Shown: piece by piece, positions 8,414 to 16,112 of the stretch | Position numbering within the stretch: position 1 is the first letter of the stretch | How the letters are laid out: every line of letters starts with the position of its first letter | NCBI GenBank assembly: GCA_042571445.1 | Contig: JBHPFT010000001.1 | Span: forward strand, 29,232-93,231 | Origin: Patescibacteria group bacterium | GTDB taxonomy: Bacteria; Patescibacteriota; WWE3; UBA101185; UBA10185 | Direction: 5' to 3' | Length of the DNA stretch: 64,000 bases | Translations under genes and position numbers: made by a program | Notes under the pieces: model-generated | The model's input: the letters and a program-made list of their open reading frames with translations, nothing else | What the model was told of the DNA's origin: nothing | Database searches by the model: none

Positions 8414-9688
8414 ATGCTAGATATTAATTTTATAAGGGAAAATAAAGAGAAAGTAATAAAAGCTTTAAAGGATAAGCAGCTTGAAGGAACAGTTGATATA
8501 GACGTATTAATAAAGCTTCATGATAGCTATTTAGAAGTACTAAAAGAGGTAGAAAGCCTAAGAAACCAACGAAATACCATATCTGAAAAGATATCCAAAG
8601 CAATAAAAGAAGAAAAAGATAATCTTTTAGATGAGGCTAAAAAGATAAAAGAGGAGCTTCAGGAAAAGGATAAAGAATTAGATACACTTCAAGTCAAATA
8701 TGATGAGATGATGCTTTGGGTACCAAATATTCCAGCGGAAGACGTTCCTGTAGGAAAAGATGATTCTGAAAATGTTGTATTTAAGACAGGAGGAAAGAAG
8801 CCAAAGTTTAATTTTACTCCAAAGGATCATTTAGAACTTGGAAAGTCACTAGACATCATTGATACCGATAGGGGTGTGAAGATAGCAGGTTTCAGAGGAT
8901 ACTTTCTTAAAAATGAGGGGGCAGTCTTAGAGCAGGCTATCCTAAGATATGCTTTTGAATATATGCAAAGACAGGGTTTTACGCCACTTTCTGTTCCTTG
9001 GATGGTAAATCCAGCATTTTTCACAGGAACTGGGTACTTTCCATGGGGAGAAGAAGACCACTACAAGGTTGATGATAAGGCGTTAATTGGTACCGCAGAG
9101 GTTTCTTTGACCTCATATTATGCAGGGGAAACTTTAAAAGAAGAGGATTTACCAGTTAAGCTTGTCGCTATTAGCCCCTGTTTTAGAAGAGAGGTCGGAA
9201 CATACGGACAAGATACAAAGGGAATCATTAGACTTCATCAATTTTATAAAGTAGAGCAGGTAGTTTTGTGTGAGGCAGATGAGGAAGTGTCTCGTGAGTG
9301 GCATGAAAGGATGCTTTCCTTTTCTGAGAAGATAATAAAAGATTTTAAACTTCCTTATCAAGTTCTTTTGATGTGTACTGGAGATATCGGTGCTGGGCAG
9401 AGAAAGAAGTATGATATGGAGACATGGTTTCCATCACAGCAGGTTTATAGGGAGACTCACTCTGACTCAAGCTTTTTAGATTTTCAGTCTAGAAGATTAA
9501 ACATAAAGTATAAGACGAAAGATGGGGATACCAAGTTTGTGTATACTCTTAATAACACAGTTATTGCAACGCCTAGGATAATTGCTGCAGTGATTGAAAA
9601 TTATCAAAATTCAGATGGTTCTGTAACAATTCCAAAAGTACTAAGAAAATATACTGGCTTTAATAAAATTAAGTCTAAAACTAAATGA
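8414..9688 (+). CDS. serS: serine--tRNA ligase
   Basis: MLDINFIR, N-terminal coiled-coil arm, GTAE, CFRREVG...RLHQF, YTLNNT. Confidence 0.96.
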   Translation: MLDINFIRENKEKVIKALKDKQLEGTVDIDVLIKLHDSYLEVLKEVESLRNQRNTISEKISKAIKEEKDNLLDEAKKIKEELQEKDKELDTLQVKYDEMMLWVPNIPAEDVPVGKDDSENVVFKTGGKKPKFNFTPKDHLELGKSLDIIDTDRGVKIAGFRGYFLKNEGAVLEQAILRYAFEYMQRQGFTPLSVPWMVNPAFFTGTGYFPWGEEDHYKVDDKALIGTAEVSLTSYYAGETLKEEDLPVKLVAISPCFRREVGTYGQDTKGIIRLHQFYKVEQVVLCEADEEVSREWHERMLSFSEKIIKDFKLPYQVLLMCTGDIGAGQRKKYDMETWFPSQQVYRETHSDSSFLDFQSRRLNIKYKTKDGDTKFVYTLNNTVIATPRIIAAVIENYQNSDGSVTIPKVLRKYTGFNKIKSKTK

Positions 9689-10374
9689 GTATATTCAGTG
9701 AGTTGAAACCTCCTGAAGTTATATATCAAGGTTCTTCAAAATATAATCCAGATATAAAGATAATTAAAGTTGGGAAAACATTGAGATTAACAGTGGATGG
9801 GTACATTCAATCTGTAAATTATGATTCTCCTGCTTGTGGAAAGCTCTTTACCGGTAAGGTGGTAGATTTGGTCAAAAGAGAAGTACCTGACGCAGATAAT
9901 TTTTTAGTTTTAGGATTAGGTGGGGGAACAATGCAAAAGCTAATCTCTATGAAATTTGAAGACCCAGAGGTTGTGAGTGTAGATATTGATTCTCAGATGG
10001 TAGAGATAGCTAGGGAATTCTATAATATTGATTCAATTCCTAAACACAGAATAATAGTAGACGATGCCTTAAGGGTAGTGGTGGAACCTGATGAGAATGA
10101 TTTGGAAAAAAATGAATTTGATGTAGCTATCGTAGATATATTTGTTGGTAACTCATCTCCAGATCTAATAAAAACAGGAAATTTCATTGTCCATCTAAAA
10201 AGATTAGTTAAACCCAGTGGTCTAATTGTATTTAACAGAAACTACACTACAGAGTTTCAAGAGGGGGCAGACCTCTTTTCAGAATATCTAGAGGATCACC
10301 TGAAAGATGTGAGGACAGAAGTAGTGGCGGGGTATTCTAACTCAGATAACATTCTTATTTATGGTAGAGTGTAA
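9685..10374 (+). CDS. class I SAM-dependent methyltransferase, spermidine-synthase-like
   Basis: LVLGLGGG, VSVDID, IVDDAL, FDVAIVDIF, LVKPSG. Confidence 0.75.
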   Translation: MSIFSELKPPEVIYQGSSKYNPDIKIIKVGKTLRLTVDGYIQSVNYDSPACGKLFTGKVVDLVKREVPDADNFLVLGLGGGTMQKLISMKFEDPEVVSVDIDSQMVEIAREFYNIDSIPKHRIIVDDALRVVVEPDENDLEKNEFDVAIVDIFVGNSSPDLIKTGNFIVHLKRLVKPSGLIVFNRNYTTEFQEGADLFSEYLEDHLKDVRTEVVAGYSNSDNILIYGRV

Positions 10375-10380
10375 CTAATT

Positions 10381-11196
10381 ATGAGCCTACTTCAAGCTTT
10401 AATATTAGGAATAATACAGGGAATTACAGAGTTTTTCCCCATTTCCTCATCAGGACATCTTGCAGTTATTCCAAGTTTTCTAGACTGGCCCCAACAACCA
10501 CTAGTTTTTGATACTTCAGTCCATCTAGGAACAGCTCTTGCTTTATTAGTAGTATTTAGAAAAGAAATTGGAAACATAATCTCTTCATTAGTTAAAGACC
10601 TTTCCTCAAAAGGATTAACATTTAAGGAATATTCAGAAGATTCGATCTTTGGCTATAAACTATTAATTGGATCTATCCCAGCAGGATTGATAGGGTACTT
10701 TTTAAGAGATTTCTTTGAGAATGATGTTCGAGGGGTGCTAATTATTGTGATCTCCCTTCTTTTTGGAAGTATACTCATGGCTTTGGCAGAAAAAGTTCAG
10801 AAGAAGAGGTTACTATCAAAAGATGAACTAGATATAAAACAGGTTTTTGGGGTAGGGATATTTCAAGCCCTTGCTCTTTTCCCAGGAGTGTCTAGATCAG
10901 GAAGTACTATATCAGGAGGAATGTTTCTCGGATTAAACAGAGAGCACGCCACAAAGTTTTCATTTTTGCTTTCAATCCCTATTGTTATTGCAGCAGGTCT
11001 ATTTGAGATAGGAAGTTCATTTTCTAATCTTTCTTCCCTTAATTACCAACCACTGGTAGTTGGGTTCTTAGCTAGTTATGGAACAGCAATATTTGCGATC
11101 AGATTTCTACTTAACTTTGTTAAGAGTAAAAGTCTGCATCCCTTTGTGTTATACAGAGTAGTCCTTGCATTAATTCTTTTGACAGCACTCTTTTAA
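10381..11196 (+). CDS. uppP: undecaprenyl-diphosphate phosphatase BacA/UppP
   Basis: GIIQGITEFFPISSSGHL, PGVSRSGSTI, FSFLLSIP. Confidence 0.96.
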   Translation: MSLLQALILGIIQGITEFFPISSSGHLAVIPSFLDWPQQPLVFDTSVHLGTALALLVVFRKEIGNIISSLVKDLSSKGLTFKEYSEDSIFGYKLLIGSIPAGLIGYFLRDFFENDVRGVLIIVISLLFGSILMALAEKVQKKRLLSKDELDIKQVFGVGIFQALALFPGVSRSGSTISGGMFLGLNREHATKFSFLLSIPIVIAAGLFEIGSSFSNLSSLNYQPLVVGFLASYGTAIFAIRFLLNFVKSKSLHPFVLYRVVLALILLTALF

Positions 11197-11205
11197 TTTC
11201 TTCGA

Positions 11206-11214
11206 TGATATAAT
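11206..11214 (+). promoter_or_regulatory. extended -10 TGATATAAT, 9 nt upstream of secA ATG
   Basis: Exact TGnTATAAT; no SD before ATG 11224. Confidence 0.6.
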
Positions 11215-11223
11215 CATTGTGTT

Positions 11224-13779
11224 ATGTTTGGTAAACTTTTTGATCCTAACAAGAAACAATTAAAGGCTGTAGAGCCTATTGTTGAAAGGATAAACTCTCT
11301 TGAAGAAGAAACTAAGAAGCTTTCTGATAGTGAGATAAAAGCAAAGACCCAGAAGTGGAAAGAAGAACTCAAAGAGATGTCTTTTAATGAGCAGGAGAAG
11401 TACTTGGACAAGATTTTGCCTGAGGCCTTTGCACTAGTTAGAGAGGCTGCTGTTAGATCTTTAGAACAAAGACACTACGATGTACAAATTATGTCCGGCA
11501 TAGCACTTCATCAAGGTAAGGTCGTTGAACAAAAAACTGGTGAAGGTAAAACTTTAACTGCCACACTTCCTCTTTACCTAAACTCCCTTACTGGTAGAGG
11601 AGTTCATCTAGTTACTCCAAACGATTACCTATCAAGACGTGACGCTGGGTGGATGGGACGTGTTTACGAGGTACTGGGAGTTACTGTTGGAGTTATTACG
11701 CAAGAAAAAGCTTTTATTTATGATCCTGAGTATGAAGGAACTGAGTTTGGTGATGTTTTTGGCATTCATTTAAAGGAAGTTGCAAGACAAAAAGTATATC
11801 AATGTAATATTACATACGGTACAAACCATGAGTTTGGGTTTGACTACCTTCGTGACAATATGGTTAGGGGCTTATCAGACATGGTACAGACAAACCCAAA
11901 TGGAGATTGGGGCATTCACAACTACTCCATTGTTGATGAAGCTGACTCAATATTAATAGATGTTGCTCGTACTCCTCTTATTATCTCTGCACCAGATACA
12001 AAACCTTCTGAGAGATATCACCAAGTAAATAAAATTATTAAATCTCTTCAAAAAGATTCTGACTATGAAGTTGATGAGAAATTTAGAAATGCAACTCTTA
12101 CTGACCTTGGAGTTAGAAGAGTAGAGAGATTAGTTGGAGTGGGAAATCTTTATGAACAAGACTTTGAGATGGTTCACCTTATTGAGCAGGCCTTAGTCGC
12201 TAATACTTTGTATGTTAAAGATAAGGACTATGTTGTTAAAGGAGGTAGTGTTGTTATTGTCGATCAATTTACTGGAAGACTTCTACCAAGCAATAGATTT
12301 AGCCATGGACTCCATCAAGCAATTGAAGCTAAAGAAGGTGCAACCATTCAACAGGAAAGTAAAACCCTGGCTGAAATTTCATATCAGAACTACTTTAGAA
12401 TGTACACAAAACTTGCTGGTATGACTGGTACTGCAGCTACAGAAGCAGAAGAGTTTTATAAGATATATAAACTTGATGTTGTTGTTGTACCAACAAATAA
12501 GCCAATAGTAAGAAAGGACCAGAATGATGTTGTTTATAAGACTGAGGCTGCTAAGTTTAAGGCTGTGGCAGATGAAATAGAAGAAAGACACAAAAAAGGC
12601 CAACCAGTTCTAGTTGGTACTACATCTGTTGAGAGAAGTGAGCTCTTACATAACTTTCTTCAGAGAAGAAAGATTTCTCACGAAATACTAAATGCTAAAA
12701 ACCATGAAAGAGAGGCTTTAATTATTGCTCAGGCTGGAAGAGAGGGAGCAGTAACAATAAGTACTAACATGGCAGGTCGTGGTGTTGACATTATCTTAGG
12801 GGGAGATCCATCTGAGGAAGGTACTCAAGAAAAGATAAAAGGGGTTGGTGGCCTTTATGTTATTGGTACTGAGAGGCATGAGTCTCGAAGAATTGATAAT
12901 CAGCTAAGAGGAAGATCAGGAAGACAGGGAGACCCTGGAGAATCTAGATTCTTTGTATCACTTCAAGATGACTTAATGAGAATCTTTGGTGGGGAACAGG
13001 TCCAAAGAATTATGGATAAGTTTGGACTTGAAGAAAACGTTCCACTTGAGGCTGGAATTGTTTCAAAAGCTATAGAAAATGCTCAAAAGAGAGTAGAGGG
13101 GTTTAACTTTGATAGAAGAAAGCAATTGGTTGAGATGGATGACATTATGAACACTCATAGAGAGGTAGTTTATAAGCTAAGGAGAAGGTTACTTGAGTTA
13201 AGTGAAGGAAATGCAGATCACAAAGATTGGGTAATAGGTAAACTTTCAGAGAATTCTTCTTTTGATGGAAAAGTTTGGGAGGAAAAAGAGAATTTATTTG
13301 GTGCTGATAACTGGCTTAAAGTGGTTGCAGGACTTTCCCTGCCTGTAATAGATATGTTGTGGATGGCACATCTTGTTGATATGGATCAAGTTAGAGAGGG
13401 AATTGGTCTTAGAGGGTATGCTCAAAGAGATCCAATGGTTGAATACAAAAGAGAGGGGCATGAGAGATTTGAAGTACTTCTTTCAAGAGTTTATTCAATG
13501 GTTGGGGAGAGACTCTCTGCCGTATCAAGGGAAGTAACTCCACAAAGAGAGGCAGCAGTGCTACCTAAGAATGTTGAATATCAAAAGGGTGAGTTTGAAT
13601 CAGGAGTTTCAGAAGAAGCAGCTCAGGTTCAAGAACAAGAATCTAAAGTTGTGGATTCTTCTGGAAGACAGTTTAAGGTTGAGAAGGTAGAGTCAAATGT
13701 AGAGAAGGTCGGTAGAAACGATCCATGTCCATGTGGGAGTGGACTAAAATACAAGAAGTGCCATGGAAAGAATGACTAA
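11224..13779 (+). CDS. secA: preprotein translocase ATPase SecA
   Basis: KTGEGKT, FGFDYLRDN, TNMAGRG, RRIDNQLRGRSGRQGDPG, C-terminal GRNDPCPCGSGLKYKKCH. Confidence 0.98.
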   Translation: MFGKLFDPNKKQLKAVEPIVERINSLEEETKKLSDSEIKAKTQKWKEELKEMSFNEQEKYLDKILPEAFALVREAAVRSLEQRHYDVQIMSGIALHQGKVVEQKTGEGKTLTATLPLYLNSLTGRGVHLVTPNDYLSRRDAGWMGRVYEVLGVTVGVITQEKAFIYDPEYEGTEFGDVFGIHLKEVARQKVYQCNITYGTNHEFGFDYLRDNMVRGLSDMVQTNPNGDWGIHNYSIVDEADSILIDVARTPLIISAPDTKPSERYHQVNKIIKSLQKDSDYEVDEKFRNATLTDLGVRRVERLVGVGNLYEQDFEMVHLIEQALVANTLYVKDKDYVVKGGSVVIVDQFTGRLLPSNRFSHGLHQAIEAKEGATIQQESKTLAEISYQNYFRMYTKLAGMTGTAATEAEEFYKIYKLDVVVVPTNKPIVRKDQNDVVYKTEAAKFKAVADEIEERHKKGQPVLVGTTSVERSELLHNFLQRRKISHEILNAKNHEREALIIAQAGREGAVTISTNMAGRGVDIILGGDPSEEGTQEKIKGVGGLYVIGTERHESRRIDNQLRGRSGRQGDPGESRFFVSLQDDLMRIFGGEQVQRIMDKFGLEENVPLEAGIVSKAIENAQKRVEGFNFDRRKQLVEMDDIMNTHREVVYKLRRRLLELSEGNADHKDWVIGKLSENSSFDGKVWEEKENLFGADNWLKVVAGLSLPVIDMLWMAHLVDMDQVREGIGLRGYAQRDPMVEYKREGHERFEVLLSRVYSMVGERLSAVSREVTPQREAAVLPKNVEYQKGEFESGVSEEAAQVQEQESKVVDSSGRQFKVEKVESNVEKVGRNDPCPCGSGLKYKKCHGKND

Positions 13780-15350
13780 TTCCCTAAAGCCTGAGTAGTA
13801 GTTTGGAGAGCTACTGTACAGTCTGCATTTCCTGGGGCTAGTTGAAGACACTGCTCAAAGTATGTCTTAGCCTCTTGGAGGTTTCCTTCTTTATAAGAAA
13901 TAAATCCTAACTTATATGCAGCTTGATATAAAAGTGGGTTCATTTTATAGGACTGAAGAAGGTACTGCTTAGCTTTTTCAAGATCTCCCTTTTGAAGATA
14001 TGAAAAACCAATATTATGTATTGCATCTGCATAGTTTGGTCTTAATGCTACTGATTTCTTGAAGTTTTCTATTGCTAGATCATAGTTTCCTTCGTTTGCG
14101 TATACATCTCCTAAGTTGTTATACACACGGTAGCTATATGGGGCTGTTTTCATAGTTGCATACCATAGATTTTTACTATTTTTCAAATCATTTGTTCTTA
14201 AAATTGTTCTAACTGAATAGAAGATAAGTATGATTGTAACTAGTACTGCTGTTAAGTCTTTCATATCTGTTTTTTTCTCTGCCCTAAAGATTAGTACTGC
14301 TACGATCATAGAAAAGAATGCTGAAGCTATATATAGGTATCTTTCTGCAATAGACCAAGCAATAAGAATGGGGCTAAAACTAGGAAGCATTGATAAAAAG
14401 ATTATCATTCCAAATCCAGCTAACATTCTCTCCTTTTTGATTAGTTTAATAATTGCCCAAACAACGGCAATTGCTGTAAGCACCATCATTGCGTAGTTAA
14501 AACTCGTAATTACTTTTCCTTCGTGATAAATACTAAGTCTTAGAGGAAAAACTAAGAGCCTAGTTGCCATAGCAATTGTGTAGGGAATTCTATTTAATAG
14601 TGGTGTTGCTCCTTCTACATCTAGGTAGTGCTTAGTTTCAAGTACCTCAACTCTACTTTGAAGTTCTGGTACAACATTAAGCATAACGAATGCAACTGAA
14701 ACAATGGCATAGGGAATATAAAATTTAATATTTTTCCACTCGATCTTTTTTTCAAATACGAATTGGTCTAAAGCTACTATTATGAAAGGAGTAATTAGTG
14801 ACCAAGGGTCGCGCATAGAAAGAAGATTAAGAGCAAAGATACCCATTGAAGCATATAGGAACTTTTTATTCTTAGAATTTTTATATATTACAAATGAAAT
14901 TAAGGTGGTGAATATAAAGATGGAGTTGATGAGGTATCCTCTGCTTGAAATCCAACCTACAGTTTCACTATTTACAGGGTGTAGGGCGAACAAGAGACTT
15001 GTTACCACAGCCCCCCTTTTTCCTATAAGCAAATATGCAAGTACAAAGATTAATATAGTGTCTATGATATGAAAGATAATAGAACCAACATGAAATGCTG
15101 ACGGAGTCACTCCAAACAGTTTTATAATGGTAGCTGCATAAATAGGTCCTAATGATAATTTTTTTACAGTACCTTCGAAATTTCTTAGGTCCTGGTTATA
15201 AATAATTCCAGTGTTATCATCGAGATTTAAGAATTCTCCATTTGCTAAATTTCCATAGGCAATAACTATAGTTACAGCCAGAATTAAAAAAAATACTAGA
15301 TTTTTTTTAAGAAGTCTTCCTAGGTCCTTTATAGTTTCTACTTTTTCCAT
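13776..15350 (-). CDS. TMTC-like GT-C membrane glycosyltransferase with C-terminal TPRs (putative protein O-mannosyltransferase)
   Basis: EFLNLDD...IYN first loop, LLFALHPVNSETVGWISSR, AERYLY, many TM segments, TPR repeats (YNNLG...AIENFKKSVALRPNYADA). Confidence 0.78.
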   Translation of the reverse strand: MEKVETIKDLGRLLKKNLVFFLILAVTIVIAYGNLANGEFLNLDDNTGIIYNQDLRNFEGTVKKLSLGPIYAATIIKLFGVTPSAFHVGSIIFHIIDTILIFVLAYLLIGKRGAVVTSLLFALHPVNSETVGWISSRGYLINSIFIFTTLISFVIYKNSKNKKFLYASMGIFALNLLSMRDPWSLITPFIIVALDQFVFEKKIEWKNIKFYIPYAIVSVAFVMLNVVPELQSRVEVLETKHYLDVEGATPLLNRIPYTIAMATRLLVFPLRLSIYHEGKVITSFNYAMMVLTAIAVVWAIIKLIKKERMLAGFGMIIFLSMLPSFSPILIAWSIAERYLYIASAFFSMIVAVLIFRAEKKTDMKDLTAVLVTIILIFYSVRTILRTNDLKNSKNLWYATMKTAPYSYRVYNNLGDVYANEGNYDLAIENFKKSVALRPNYADAIHNIGFSYLQKGDLEKAKQYLLQSYKMNPLLYQAAYKLGFISYKEGNLQEAKTYFEQCLQLAPGNADCTVALQTTTQALGN

Positions 15351-15382
15351 TACATTGTTATTATATATAGTGATTTAAAAAT

Positions 15383-15928
15383 ATGAAGATTAAAAATTTT
15401 TTACTAGAACTTGTTGAAACCTTTTTAACCTCTCTAGTGGTTATTCTAATATTATACGTATTAATTGCGAGTATTGAAGTTGTTTATGGTGCTAGTATGG
15501 AACCTAGCTTCTATTCCGGGGAAAGGATACTTGTTGATAAGATAACAAAGAGACTTAGGGAGTTTGAAAGAGGGGAGGTAGTAGTGTTTTATCCTCCTGG
15601 AGATGACTCTAAGCACTACATCAAAAGAATAATTGGTATTCCTGGAGATATTATTAAAATAATAGATTGTAAGGTTTTAATATCAAGGGAAGGTGAAAAG
15701 TTTGAACTTGATGAAACATACCTTTCTGAGGAAGTTTGTACTGCAGGAAGCTCGGTAATAAAGGAAGGAAGGTCTCTTAGAGTTGGGGATGAAAAGTATC
15801 TCCTTTTAGGCGATAACAGAGATTCTTCCCTTGATAGTCGAGTTTTGGGCTTAGTGGAGGAGAAAAAGATAATTGGTAGAGTAATTTTTAGGTTTTGGCC
15901 AATTTCTCGTGTAGGCTTCGTAAATTAA
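15383..15928 (+). CDS. lepB: signal peptidase I
   Basis: GASMEPS (catalytic Ser), YIKRIIG (catalytic Lys), GDNRDSSLDSR, FRFWP. Confidence 0.95.
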   Translation: MKIKNFLLELVETFLTSLVVILILYVLIASIEVVYGASMEPSFYSGERILVDKITKRLREFERGEVVVFYPPGDDSKHYIKRIIGIPGDIIKIIDCKVLISREGEKFELDETYLSEEVCTAGSSVIKEGRSLRVGDEKYLLLGDNRDSSLDSRVLGLVEEKKIIGRVIFRFWPISRVGFVN

Positions 15929-15931
15929 GTA

Positions 15932-15960
15932 TTGACAAGCTATACTCTATGTGGTAATTT
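15932..15960 (+). promoter_or_regulatory. rpoBC operon promoter
   Basis: TTGACA-17 nt-TAATTT with TG extension. Confidence 0.6.
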
Positions 15961-15983
15961 TCGCTCTGTTCCAAAAAGTGCCG

Positions 15984-16042
15984 TAGTTTCAACAAAATCT
16001 CAGGTTACCTTGACGAGATAAACTCTGTTTTGGTTGAAACTA
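15984..16042 (+). promoter_or_regulatory. stem-loop in the rpoB 5' leader
   Basis: TAGTTTCAAC (15984-15993) pairs perfectly with GTTGAAACTA (16033-16042), extended by AAAA/TTTT; inner TCTC/GAGA. Confidence 0.5.
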
Positions 16043-16112
16043 AAATAAATATTAAAAAGTATCAAAAAAAGTAGTAATATATAGTTTGACCTGTTTTTAT
16101 ACATAAAATCTA

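Noticed and set aside
15383-15928. lepB as the SipW peptidase for the TasA-like protein
   Set aside because: It has a Ser-Lys dyad (YIKRIIG) and GDNR..S.DSR, i.e. a P-type peptidase, not the Ser-His SipW type.
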